64,000 nucleotides of DNA from Actinomycetes bacterium (GCA_965227045.1 OZ245718.1:3223528-3287527); one strand, 5' to 3'; shown: positions 9,543 to 18,888, counted from the first letter of the stretch. Program-made: numbers and translations. Notes: generated from the sequence alone by a model not told the origin.

Positions 9543-10169
9543 ATGACACCCCGGGTTGGGCAGCGAGCGACTGTTCGCACTCATACGTCCGCACGTGCGT
9601 CAGCTACACGTAGCGCCATCGTCGAGGCGGCTACCGAGATCATTTCCGCGCGCGGATACGACGGCGCTTCGCTGCGTGAAATTTCCGATCGTGTCGGCAT
9701 CACTAAGGGCAATCTGACCTATCACTTCTCGGTCAAGGAGGAGTTGCTCTTCGCGATCATGGATGACGTTCACGACATCTTCCTCTTGTTCGCTCAGGAT
9801 TGGCCGAACCTCCGAGCCGACGATCCTGATGAGGCACTCCGAATCGCATTCCGGCAACACGTGGCATTGGTAACGAAGTATCCGGACGCCACGCGAATTT
9901 TCTACGAGTCCTTCCGGAACCTGACGTTTGATCATCGGGACGTCATTATTCGGAAGCGAGACAGATATGAGAAGGCGCTGCGGGTGCTCATCGCGAGGTG
10001 CCGACCGGAATTAGGTTCTCCCACCGGGCGTGAAGTCAGGTTGCGTGCACGTATTGTGATTGGGACATTGAGTTGGCCGTATGAATGGTTCGACCCAAAT
10101 GGGCCGTGGAAGGCTTCATACGTCAATGAAGTGACCGCGGACATGGCGGTTCGCGCGCTTCACGCGTAA
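9543..10169 (+). CDS. TetR/AcrR family transcriptional regulator
   Basis: 208 aa. N-terminal HTH ARGYDGASLREISDRVGITKGNLTYHF. The only regulator gene I can see in the window. Confidence 0.85.
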   Translation: MTPRVGQRATVRTHTSARASATRSAIVEAATEIISARGYDGASLREISDRVGITKGNLTYHFSVKEELLFAIMDDVHDIFLLFAQDWPNLRADDPDEALRIAFRQHVALVTKYPDATRIFYESFRNLTFDHRDVIIRKRDRYEKALRVLIARCRPELGSPTGREVRLRARIVIGTLSWPYEWFDPNGPWKASYVNEVTADMAVRALHA

Positions 10170-10225
10170 ATAGGATAGCTTTCGACGGTTTTGCGGAAGC
10201 GGTTTCTCATTCCTCGCGCGCCATT

Positions 10226-10241
10226 TAGGATGTTTGTCCTA
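10226..10241. promoter_or_regulatory. operator-like site (1 mismatch)
   Basis: TAGGATGTTTGTCCTA between the TetR stop (10169) and the SDR start (10305). Confidence 0.45.
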
Positions 10242-10304
10242 ACCCGCGAGACGCAGCCACTTTGGACAGCGGAGCGCTCGCCTTCTCTCTGGACGGTGGA
10301 AAGA

Positions 10305-11138
10305 ATGGGAACCGATACGGTCTCGAAGTTCAGGCTAGATGGACGTACTGCAATCGTGACGGGTGTCGGGCCAGGCATCGGGGCGCACGTCTCGCGTGCA
10401 TTCGCTTCTGTGGGAGCGAACGTCGTCCTTTGTGCACGAAACGAAGCCCCCTCTGAGGAACTTGCTGCGGCCATCGTCGCTGACGGCGGCAACGCAGTGT
10501 CAGTGGCCGCGGACATCGGAACTCCCGAGGGCGTCGATCGTGTCGTAAAGCGCGCTCAGCAAGCGTTTGGCACCCCCCACGTCCTCTTTCACAACGCCAC
10601 AGCTCGAGGAATCGTTCCGGGCAGGGATCCTCTGGAGATCACCGACGAGGAATGGCTCGCGTGTTTCCAGGTCAACGTAATGGCAGTCGTTCGGCTGTCA
10701 CGCGCCCTCGTCCCGGGCATGAAGCTCGAAGGCGGATCAATCATCACGGTTCTCTCGACTGCCGCCTTCGTGCCCACTCTCGACATCTCCGGGTGGGCCT
10801 ATGCGACTACAAAGTCGGCCCTTCTAACACTTACCCAGAATATTGCCGTGGAGTGCGCACCGCACGTGCGGGCCAATGCCATATGCCCCGGCACGATTGC
10901 GCCCGCCGTCCAGCACGACGATCCTCGCGTAAACCTGTGGAAGAGCCAGGTCGACGCCACGCCTCTGGGGCGCATCGGGCTTGCTTCCGAAGTTGAAGCA
11001 ACGGCGCTCTATCTCGCTTCGGAAGCATCGAGCTATGTGACTGGCCAGGTCATCTTCGTCGATGGCGGCCGGGTCGTTGCTGGCGGAAACCTCAGCGGGA
11101 ACGGATACCGGGCTCCTACAAACCAGTCATGGGAATGA
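10305..11138 (+). CDS. SDR family oxidoreductase
   Basis: ATG 10305 follows GGTGGAAAG; the ORF opens at 10191. TGVGPGIGAHV, YATTKSAL. Confidence 0.85.
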   Translation: MGTDTVSKFRLDGRTAIVTGVGPGIGAHVSRAFASVGANVVLCARNEAPSEELAAAIVADGGNAVSVAADIGTPEGVDRVVKRAQQAFGTPHVLFHNATARGIVPGRDPLEITDEEWLACFQVNVMAVVRLSRALVPGMKLEGGSIITVLSTAAFVPTLDISGWAYATTKSALLTLTQNIAVECAPHVRANAICPGTIAPAVQHDDPRVNLWKSQVDATPLGRIGLASEVEATALYLASEASSYVTGQVIFVDGGRVVAGGNLSGNGYRAPTNQSWE

Positions 11139-11205
11139 CGGGCTGAACCGTAAGGCTGGGTCTTGTCATCCCCAATGTCATGTGGCATCATCGGTCGCAT
11201 CGACT

Positions 11206-11221
11206 TGGGACGTTCGTCCTA
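11206..11221. promoter_or_regulatory. operator-like site (1 mismatch)
   Basis: TGGGACGTTCGTCCTA, 68 nt upstream of 11289. Confidence 0.4.
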
Positions 11222-11288
11222 ATATGCGCTGTGCAGTCGACGAATCGGTTACCGCAGCGAACGCGTGGAACCCTAGTGCGGAGGTCTT

Positions 11289-12449
11289 GTGGCAGCAGTA
11301 GTGTCAGGAGTCGGAATCTTTCGGCCGGAGCCAGACTCGACGGCCGCCGAAGTCATGGCGATAGAGGCCGTTGTACGAGCGTGCGCCGATGCGGGTATTG
11401 ACCCTGCGGAGGTAGACGGCCTCGTCAAGTACAGTTACGACGGGTCAATCTCGACGATGGCGATGGCTCGAGAGTTGAACTCCCGAGAGTCTCGTTTCTC
11501 CATCGAGTTCCCACACGGCGGCGGGGCATCTGGCACGCTACTCGAGACGGCACGCATGGCCGTCGAGTCGGGCGTCGCGCAGAACGTGGTGTGCTTCCGA
11601 TCAGTGTCAGGCGATCTCTACAAGAAGCAACTCAACATGGCGGACTGGAACCGTCCGTACTATCTGGACACGGTCAACTACCTGCGTCGCGCGGGATTCA
11701 CGACATACCTGCACCTGTTCGCCCCTATTTTCGACGAGCACGCGCGTCGATATGGCACGACGAAGGAGACGTTGGGGCGCATCGCGATCGAGCTTCGGGA
11801 CAACGCGATTGCCTCGGGGAACCGATCTCCAGACGAAGCCCTCGACATGGCCGCTTACATGGCCGAGGCGCCGTATGTCGGTGAGCTCGGCGACTTGGAC
11901 GACTTTACGGTCATCGACGTAGCGTCCGCGTTCGTTGTTACCTCCGAGGAACGCGTCAGCGACAGGACCCGACCCGTAGTAGAAATCGTGGCGGCTGCTC
12001 AAAGCCACGGAACCAACCCGATGGGCTGGCACGACTTGATGCCGCTGAGCCCCACAGGTCTAGACAATCCCGCCCGTCACGTCGCTGACCGGCTGTGGGA
12101 GGACTCCGGCATGAGTCCCGACGATATCGACGTTGCCTGCCTTTACGATTGCACGTCGGTCACCTTCATGTATCTGCTCGAACAGACCGGCCTTTGCAAG
12201 GCAGGTTCAGTGCCGGAGCTGGTCGCGGACGCCGGAGTATTCAGTGCGACGGGAGCACGGCCAGCTAACCTCGACGGCGGTGATCTTGAAGCGGGCTACA
12301 CGCACGGGTTCCGTCATATCGTCGAAGCAGTGCAGCAGCTGCGTGCCACCTCGACCAACCAAGTGGTCAACGCCGAAACAGCGTTGGTCATGGGCGGGCC
12401 AGGAAGCGTCACTTCCGGAGCGGTGCTTCGACGAAAGGATCTCTCATGA
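11289..12449 (+). CDS. thiolase-fold (SCP-x/Ltp-type) protein lacking the thiolase nucleophile; Ltp2-like aldolase candidate
   Basis: 386 aa. Where Ltp 27900 has NNNCSTGSS this protein has HGGGASG, and its GHP motif reads GYTHG. The stop overlaps the DUF35 gene start (ATGA at 12446). Confidence 0.75.
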   Translation: MAAVVSGVGIFRPEPDSTAAEVMAIEAVVRACADAGIDPAEVDGLVKYSYDGSISTMAMARELNSRESRFSIEFPHGGGASGTLLETARMAVESGVAQNVVCFRSVSGDLYKKQLNMADWNRPYYLDTVNYLRRAGFTTYLHLFAPIFDEHARRYGTTKETLGRIAIELRDNAIASGNRSPDEALDMAAYMAEAPYVGELGDLDDFTVIDVASAFVVTSEERVSDRTRPVVEIVAAAQSHGTNPMGWHDLMPLSPTGLDNPARHVADRLWEDSGMSPDDIDVACLYDCTSVTFMYLLEQTGLCKAGSVPELVADAGVFSATGARPANLDGGDLEAGYTHGFRHIVEAVQQLRATSTNQVVNAETALVMGGPGSVTSGAVLRRKDLS

Positions 12450-12895
12450 GCAGTCTCGGTGCATGTCCGGTGGAGCGAGGCTTCACAGCAATCGCCAGAG
12501 ACTACCGAGACGTGATCCGCGAAAGTCGAGCACCGATTGTTCAAGCTTGCGTCAATTGCAATGCTGCGTACTGGCCCCCCAGGCTTCGCTGTTCGTGCGG
12601 CGCGGGTGATCTGCATTGGTTTCCGGCCGGGCCAACAGGTCGCATCGTGAGTACCGTGGGCGTCAAGATCGACCCCAATCAGGTGATCGAGCGAATGGTG
12701 CCGCGGCAATTCGTGGACCGCCTTCCTTACACGACAGTTGTCGTAGAGCCCCTGGATTGGGCCAATGTGCGCATGATGTTCCTGGCAGACGGGCTCGAGC
12801 TTACAAACTCCGAGACAGGTGCCACGGTCGCTTTGTCGGCCGAGGCCATCGACGAGAAGACCGTGACATTGATCGCTACCGCCGAGAAGGGTTGA
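12446..12895 (+). CDS. DUF35 OB-fold / zinc-ribbon protein
   Basis: 149 aa. CVNCNAAYWPPRLRCSCG zinc ribbon followed by an OB-like region. This is the classic partner position after a thiolase-fold gene. Confidence 0.8.
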   Translation: MSSLGACPVERGFTAIARDYRDVIRESRAPIVQACVNCNAAYWPPRLRCSCGAGDLHWFPAGPTGRIVSTVGVKIDPNQVIERMVPRQFVDRLPYTTVVVEPLDWANVRMMFLADGLELTNSETGATVALSAEAIDEKTVTLIATAEKG

Positions 12896-12899
12896 GAAG

Positions 12900-13943
12900 A
12901 TGACTGAGACTGTCGCCCGCCCAGCGGCCGGCCAGGTAGTTACAAAGCCGCCAACTCATAAGTACCACTGGGAGGATGGTGTCCCAGCGTCGTGGTACTG
13001 CGTGGCGTGGTCAGACGAGGTACGCGAGGACAGTGTGCTGGATCTGCGCTACTTCGGCGCCGACCTGATCTGCTTCCGATCCCCATCAGGAGAGGCGAGG
13101 GTCTTTGATGCGCACTGCCCGCACCTGGGCGCGCATCTCGGTGACGGTTGCATGATCGACGGTGAGGTTGAATGCCCCTTTCACGGGTGGCGATGGAATA
13201 GCGACGGCGAGAACACGCTCATTCCGTACGCAGAGAAGACCACACGTCGGACTCTGATCCCATGGCTCGTGCACGAAGTTAACGGAATGGTGTTCGTTTG
13301 GTATGACCCATCCGGCAGCGAACCGACGTGGCGTATCCCGGCGTACGAACAGCACGGCAGCGATGAGTACCTCAACTTCTATCCCGACTTCTGTCGGCGC
13401 TGGCCGGCTATGAAGCTTCATCCGCAGCAGAGCGTCGAGAACACGACCGACCCAGCGCACGTTACGTACGTGCATCATGCATCTGAGGTGCCTCTCATCT
13501 CTTGGCACGGCGCCGAGGGGCCTGTGTTCAAGACCGAAATGCGGTACGAGTGGGGAGGCGGCAAGCAGTCCACCTGGCTGACTCCAGATGGGCCTGTCGA
13601 TGGGGGGCTTCTAGCTGAATGTTGGGGAATCGGCTTCATCGCGACGACGTATATCGGGATCCATCCGACCATTCAGTTCACTGCTGTCACGCCTGTCGAC
13701 GAGCAGGGCAAGGAGAGCGTCTTCTTCAGCGCGATCACAGGCGCGAAAGGGAACTCCGGCAGGCTTAGTGGTCCCGAGTTCGCGCAGCGTCTCGCCGACT
13801 ACTTCTTCGAGCAAGTTTCGTCCGACGAGCCGATTTGGGCCCGCCAAACACTGATTGAGCATCCCCCATATCCGAAGTTGGAAGCCCGCGCATACGCTGA
13901 CATGCGCGCATGGGCAGCGACGTTCTACGGAGAAGAAAAGTGA
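12900..13943 (+). CDS. Rieske [2Fe-2S] non-heme iron oxygenase, KshA-like (alpha subunit only)
   Basis: 347 aa. CPHLGAHL...CPFHGWRW Rieske ligands and the ENTTDPAHVTYVHH mononuclear Fe motif. Confidence 0.85.
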   Translation: MTETVARPAAGQVVTKPPTHKYHWEDGVPASWYCVAWSDEVREDSVLDLRYFGADLICFRSPSGEARVFDAHCPHLGAHLGDGCMIDGEVECPFHGWRWNSDGENTLIPYAEKTTRRTLIPWLVHEVNGMVFVWYDPSGSEPTWRIPAYEQHGSDEYLNFYPDFCRRWPAMKLHPQQSVENTTDPAHVTYVHHASEVPLISWHGAEGPVFKTEMRYEWGGGKQSTWLTPDGPVDGGLLAECWGIGFIATTYIGIHPTIQFTAVTPVDEQGKESVFFSAITGAKGNSGRLSGPEFAQRLADYFFEQVSSDEPIWARQTLIEHPPYPKLEARAYADMRAWAATFYGEEK

Positions 13944-15508
13944 CTTCAGTACAGGCGCGGGCGCGACGCAGGATCGACGGGGTCTGGCCTACCTTGGACT
14001 TGGCTCGCGATGTCAATATCTGCAATGCAATCAGTAAGTCGATGCGTGCGATGCCGGACAAGACGGCGCTGGTGTTTGGCGACCAGCGAGTGACCTACTC
14101 AGAGCTGGACGCTGCGATACGGCGAGTGGGCGGGCAACTTCGAGCCGCCGGAATTGGCGAGGGCGAGTTCGTCGTGACGATCGGGCGCAGTTCAGCCCAT
14201 CTGCTCGTGCTGTACCTCGCGCTTGCACACATCGGAGCCGTCAATGTTCCGTTGAATCCATGGCTGACGACGCCGGAAGTGCTGGCGTTGATCGAGCGCA
14301 CGTCGCCGGCAGTGGTGATTCACACGTCGGAGTACGTCGAAATTTCTGCCGCGGCGAAGGACTCCGGATACGACGTCTTGACGATGCCGGAGACGCCTGC
14401 GGAACTAACTACGGAGGGCTGGTTCAACCCGTTCTCCGGCCCAGTTCCAGACGATCCCCCTGCCCCAGGAGGGTCTCGACCTGCGATGGTTGTGTTTACG
14501 TCGGGCTCGACGGCCCTGCCAAAAGGGTGCATTAAGAGCCACGAGAACCTCCTGTGGCACGTTGCGAACGGTCGGGTCAAGTGGCCCCGAACCGCGGACG
14601 ATGTCGAGTACTTCTGTGTACCGATGTCAGGGGTGGGGGTTGGCAACTTCCTTCTTCCCACGTTGGATGCAGGGGCAACTCTTGTGATCGACCGGCCGTC
14701 GGCTGAGTCCGGGGCAATCGTCGAGCGGGAACGTGTCTCCACGACGCTGCTGCCGCCTTCGGTAGCAGAGGCCATCTTGCTTTCGGAGGATGGAAAGGCT
14801 CGAGACTTCTCCCGCTTGCGAATTGTGTGGACCTCATTCCGGATCACTCACGAGGTACGCACCGCCTTCGTCGAGAGGGTTGGCCCGATCTTCCGATACG
14901 GATTTGGAATGACTGAAGGCAGTTTCGTCGCTGCGCCGGCCGACGTGTTCATTAGCAAGCCCACCTCCGCGGGCCCGCCCGATGGAGTCGACGAGATCGT
15001 TATCGGTGATCCGGAGACAGGCGCGCCGCTTCCCGTCGGAGAGAGCGGGGAAATCCTGATCAAAGGTCCCAGCGTGATGCTCGGCTACCTCGATGACCCG
15101 GACACCACAGCGGAAACCCTGCGTGGAGGCTGGCTCCATACGGGGGATCTCGGTCACATCGACGAGGACGGGCATATGCACTTCGATGGAAGGATTAAGG
15201 ACACGATCAAGACCGGTGGTCTGAACGTCTCGGCCGAAGAAGTCGAAGGCGTAATTACTACTCTGGTAGGCGTGAAGGACGTGGCCGTGATTGGAGTTCC
15301 GGACGACCACTGGGGCGAGGCCGTGCGAGCAGTCGTCGTGCTCGATGCTGGGAGTAGTTGGACGGAAGAGTCGATGATTCTCGAGCTTCGTAAGACCATG
15401 GCTGGCTACAAGACTCCGAAGTCGGTTGTATTCGCGTCGGAGCTGCCGCGCAATCCTGGCTTAGGAAAACTCGCAAAGGGTGAGATCGCAAAGATGTACG
15501 GCAGCTAG
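13940..15508 (+). CDS. acyl-CoA synthetase (AMP-forming)
   Basis: GTG 13940 overlaps the upstream stop (GTGA); the ORF opens at 13910. FTSGSTALPKG, GWLHTGDLGHIDEDGH, IKTGG. Confidence 0.85.
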   Translation: MTSVQARARRRIDGVWPTLDLARDVNICNAISKSMRAMPDKTALVFGDQRVTYSELDAAIRRVGGQLRAAGIGEGEFVVTIGRSSAHLLVLYLALAHIGAVNVPLNPWLTTPEVLALIERTSPAVVIHTSEYVEISAAAKDSGYDVLTMPETPAELTTEGWFNPFSGPVPDDPPAPGGSRPAMVVFTSGSTALPKGCIKSHENLLWHVANGRVKWPRTADDVEYFCVPMSGVGVGNFLLPTLDAGATLVIDRPSAESGAIVERERVSTTLLPPSVAEAILLSEDGKARDFSRLRIVWTSFRITHEVRTAFVERVGPIFRYGFGMTEGSFVAAPADVFISKPTSAGPPDGVDEIVIGDPETGAPLPVGESGEILIKGPSVMLGYLDDPDTTAETLRGGWLHTGDLGHIDEDGHMHFDGRIKDTIKTGGLNVSAEEVEGVITTLVGVKDVAVIGVPDDHWGEAVRAVVVLDAGSSWTEESMILELRKTMAGYKTPKSVVFASELPRNPGLGKLAKGEIAKMYGS

Positions 15509-15516
15509 GGACTTCG

Positions 15517-15561
15517 CTCAGTTCGCGGGGCCGAATGAAGTATGCGGCGTCGCGAACTGAG
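15517..15561. terminator. hairpin between convergent genes
   Basis: CTCAGTTCGCG ... CGCGAACTGAG: 11-bp stem, 23-nt loop, no T-tract. Confidence 0.35.
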
Positions 15562-15714
15562 TCGGTCCACGGCACCGTAGGGAGCGTGTATTGACTCCGA
15601 GCCGAAGATTGTCGGTGTCCCGGTCCTAAGTGGCTCGGGGACAATCGGTTCTGGCAGCACATATTGCGTGATCCTCAGGGACGCCGAACAGGCGGACGAA
15701 CATCATGACGCGGG

Positions 15715-16479
15715 TCAGCGGGCAGAGTCGGAATCCGGAACTCTTTCAAGGAATGTGAGGATCTCCCACCACGCAACGGAGCATGCATCTGCCCACTCCG
15801 CAAAGGCGCGGTCGAAGAACGAATGAGGAGCTCCCGCGAAGACAACGGTCTTAACCGCTGCACCAGCTTCGCGCATTTGTGCGGCAAGACCGAGCTGGTC
15901 CTCGACAGGCGTCACTGCGTCCGCACCGGCAATCAGCATAAGTGTTGGTAGCCGTGCACGATCAGCGTACTCACCCACGCGTGTGGGTTGCCCGTAGAAT
16001 CCGATGCACCCGTCCAGATCGAGCGATCCCTCGGCTTGGCGCCACGCGTTGCTTCCACCGAAGCAGAAACCTAGTACGAAGGCCTTCGCGCTTGGACCGG
16101 TACAGGATCGAACTTTTGCCAGGGCAACTGCAGTGTCGTCATCTATCTGGATAACGCTTGTCTGCCTTAAGTGGTCCATGTATTCGAAGTTTGCGTCTCT
16201 ACCGGCCTCAGGTACGAGGCCGGCGGTGCGCCCGAAGTAGTCGATCGCAATCGCAGCAAACCCGGACTCAGCTAGACCCCCAACTAGCTTTATGTAGTAG
16301 CCGTGCAATCCGCGAGCATCAGGGAGAACAACGATCACGCCCCTCGACTGAGTCTTAGGTAGAGCGAGAGCCGCAGAGAAAGGCTCGCCGTCGGAGGATC
16401 GCAACGTGATGGTTCGTACGTGTCCAACGTTCCTGGGAAATGGTGGAAATGGCGGTGCATCATTTGGGTCATGACACAT
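15715..16479 (-). CDS. dienelactone hydrolase family protein
   Basis: ATG at 16479; the ORF is open to 16614. VVLPDARGLHGYY, GFCFGG nucleophile elbow, GAPHSF. Confidence 0.75.
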   Translation of the reverse strand: MCHDPNDAPPFPPFPRNVGHVRTITLRSSDGEPFSAALALPKTQSRGVIVVLPDARGLHGYYIKLVGGLAESGFAAIAIDYFGRTAGLVPEAGRDANFEYMDHLRQTSVIQIDDDTAVALAKVRSCTGPSAKAFVLGFCFGGSNAWRQAEGSLDLDGCIGFYGQPTRVGEYADRARLPTLMLIAGADAVTPVEDQLGLAAQMREAGAAVKTVVFAGAPHSFFDRAFAEWADACSVAWWEILTFLERVPDSDSAR

Positions 16480-16502
16480 TGGGTGGTCTACTCCGCGGAC
16501 TG

Positions 16503-17336
16503 CTAGAGCAGCATCGCGCCAGCATCGACAGGGATGGTTGCTCCTGTGATGTAGCGAGACTCGTCCGAAGCTAGAAACGCAACAAGATCGGAAACATCCG
16601 ACGTCTCGATCCACGGCACCGGAATCGCGTGGAGCCGCGACGAGACCGCGCTGAACTGGTCCAGGGTGGGAATGTCTTCATCTGGGACGAATCGATGCAT
16701 GATCAGGTCATTCATGATCATTTCAGTGTTCACCTGAGTGGGATGAATGGTATTGACACGGATCTTGTGGGGAGCAACTTCAAGAGCAAGAGTGCGCATC
16801 AGCCCGACAAGACCATGCTTCGACGCAACGTACGCTCCCGCATGTGCTCGTCCAAGCAAACCCGCGACCGACGAGGTGAAGATCATCGAGCCGCCGCGTT
16901 CCCCCCTGATGATGTGGGGGAGTGAGACCTTAGCCGTGAGCCATGCGCCCATCAGATTTGTGTCGATGACGTCTCGCCAAGCTTCGATCGGGGTTTCGAT
17001 TACCGACCCGAGAGATATGATCCCGGCATTGGCATTGACGATGTCGAGACCTCCGAACCTGTCCACGCCTTCGGACACCGCATTGGAGAGGGCCTCAACA
17101 TCTCGGACGTCGGCGATCCGGGCATGTATTGTTCCGCCGCAATCCTCAATGAGTCGAACCGTCTCAGCGAGATCTTCTTCGGTTCCGAGGCTGTAGTCAA
17201 CGGATTCGATGTGTTCGCATCTGTCCACGCCGATGATCATCGCGCCATGCTGAGCAAGCCTCACGGCGTTGCTGCGGCCCTGACCGCGCGCCACGCCAGT
17301 AACGAACGCGACCTTGCCTGCGAGCTCTCTAGGCAT
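16503..17336 (-). CDS. SDR of the carveol-dehydrogenase / mycofactocin-associated subgroup
   Basis: 277 aa. GKVAFVTGVARGQGRSNAVRLA plus the characteristic insertion VDRCEHIESVDYSLGTEEDL; YVASKHGL. Confidence 0.75.
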   Translation of the reverse strand: MPRELAGKVAFVTGVARGQGRSNAVRLAQHGAMIIGVDRCEHIESVDYSLGTEEDLAETVRLIEDCGGTIHARIADVRDVEALSNAVSEGVDRFGGLDIVNANAGIISLGSVIETPIEAWRDVIDTNLMGAWLTAKVSLPHIIRGERGGSMIFTSSVAGLLGRAHAGAYVASKHGLVGLMRTLALEVAPHKIRVNTIHPTQVNTEMIMNDLIMHRFVPDEDIPTLDQFSAVSSRLHAIPVPWIETSDVSDLVAFLASDESRYITGATIPVDAGAMLL

Positions 17337-17400
17337 TGAATCTTAACCCTTCGACGAAGCTGCTGACCCGATCGTGCCGCGAGGGACCGTACCACAAGAA

Positions 17401-17416
17401 TAGGACGCCCGTCCTG
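17401..17416. promoter_or_regulatory. operator-like site (1 mismatch)
   Basis: TAGGACGCCCGTCCTG in the divergent region 17337-17667. Confidence 0.4.
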
Positions 17417-17521
17417 CACGAGATCTGCTGTAAGAAGAGTCAATCTGCTGGAAGAAGGGTCTTCAGGTTACTGAGCAGCTGCGTCCCGAATCCAGCCGAG
17501 AACGCTGAACCGGGTCGCCGG

Positions 17522-17537
17522 TAGGACGTCAGGCCTA
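17522..17537. promoter_or_regulatory. operator-like site (1 mismatch)
   Basis: TAGGACGTCAGGCCTA in the divergent region 17337-17667. Confidence 0.4.
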
Positions 17538-17633
17538 CTCGTCGGAAGAGTCTTTCCCGAAAAATTCCTAGGTGATGCCGGATTGTTATGTCGAAACGAG
17601 GGTTGATATGGCAAGGTGCTTCACACGAGTCCG

Positions 17634-17649
17634 TAAGACGGGCGTCCTA
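17634..17649. promoter_or_regulatory. operator-like site (1 mismatch)
   Basis: TAAGACGGGCGTCCTA ends 18 nt before ATG 17668. The geometry matches the sites before SBP paralogs 31012 and 35806. Confidence 0.5.
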
Positions 17650-17667
17650 GTGAGTCTTGGAGTGCTG

Positions 17668-18813
17668 ATGAACAGATCTGTGAATGTCCTCGTCGCAGTG
17701 AGCGTATCTGGGCTGCTGGTGGGAGGGGCAATTGCGCCTTCTGCATCCGCGCTCGCGGGATCGACCGACTCGACGGTTACGGCCGCGGTTGATAAGGGCC
17801 TTCTGCGTGCTAAGCAGATCGTCGCTAAGTACGCAGCCAACCCCAAGACAATTGGGGTCACGACGAAACTCACGAAGAAGCCTCGGACGGGTTTGACGAT
17901 CGCATATGTGTACACGGGCACGTCGACGTCGCAGGTCGTGGGCGAGAACCTGGTTCAAGCCGCGAGCTTGTTCGGTTGGGACGTGAAGCTCTTTCCCGGT
18001 GCAACCACGCCGGAGAAGTATCAGCAGTTGATGTCTGCGGCATTGGACCTCAAGCCGACCGCAATTGTCAGCCCAACTAGTGAGCCGTCGGCCATGGGGC
18101 AGTCGATCATTCAGCGTTCGATCGATCAGAACACGTTCATAGTTTGCACGAGTTGCATCGAGGCGCCGCCCGCGAAGAACTGGAATACAAGAGGCATCTC
18201 GGGCCTGTCTCTGCCTGCGTTGCAAGGTCAGATCCTCGCTGCTGCAGTCGTCGCAGCGTCGGGGGGGACCGCGAACACGCAGGTAATCTCAGCTCCGCTG
18301 CTGGCGACGTCACTCATCACCACGGATACCTTCAATAAGTCGATGAAGGCGATGTGCCCAAAGTGCAAGGTGACTGAGAACCAGTTCGCTGTCGGTGACG
18401 TAGGGACGAAGATTCCGGGCGCAATGGTCTCGATCGTGCAACGAGATCCTTCGGTCAACTGGATCGTTGGAATTGGGGCGTTCCTGACTGGTGTCCAGCC
18501 GGCCCTGTCGACGGCAGGATTCGGCGGTGGCAAGGTTCAGCTCGCTTCCTACAGCGGCTCGCCGGCGAATATCGCGGCCCTGCGTGCTGGAACTCAGGCC
18601 GCTGAGGTCCCCAGCTCTCTGCCGATCAACGCTTACCGGGCGGTCGACGCCGTGGCGCGATGGGTGAATAAGCAGCCGCAGTTGACAACGTCCATTCCGC
18701 TCCAACTCCTGACAAATGTGAACGTCAACTCGGCCGTGTACGACTCGGCAGGTGTCTATCTCGCAGTCCCAGGCGCGCTCGACCAGTTCAAGCGAATTTG
18801 GCTGATGAAGTAG
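17668..18813 (+). CDS. secreted periplasmic-binding-protein type I substrate-binding protein (group A paralog 1)
   Basis: ATG 17668 follows GGAG; the ORF opens at 17572. Signal peptide ending PSASA with no lipobox. Close paralog of 31012 and 35806; ends DQFKRIWLMK. Confidence 0.75.
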   Translation: MNRSVNVLVAVSVSGLLVGGAIAPSASALAGSTDSTVTAAVDKGLLRAKQIVAKYAANPKTIGVTTKLTKKPRTGLTIAYVYTGTSTSQVVGENLVQAASLFGWDVKLFPGATTPEKYQQLMSAALDLKPTAIVSPTSEPSAMGQSIIQRSIDQNTFIVCTSCIEAPPAKNWNTRGISGLSLPALQGQILAAAVVAASGGTANTQVISAPLLATSLITTDTFNKSMKAMCPKCKVTENQFAVGDVGTKIPGAMVSIVQRDPSVNWIVGIGAFLTGVQPALSTAGFGGGKVQLASYSGSPANIAALRAGTQAAEVPSSLPINAYRAVDAVARWVNKQPQLTTSIPLQLLTNVNVNSAVYDSAGVYLAVPGALDQFKRIWLMK

Positions 18814-18888
18814 GCGATCTGCAAGACGTACCTCTCCGCGAAGGCGGAAACTTGCAGTGCAATCACTCCACCTATCTCAGGGAATCCC

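Noticed and set aside
18814-18888. Short inverted repeats (CTGCAAG...CTTGCAG and TCCGC-GAAG-GCGGA) between SBP 17668 and the ATPase gene, considered as an attenuator
   Set aside because: The stems are only 5-7 bp, which is too weak to call from sequence alone.
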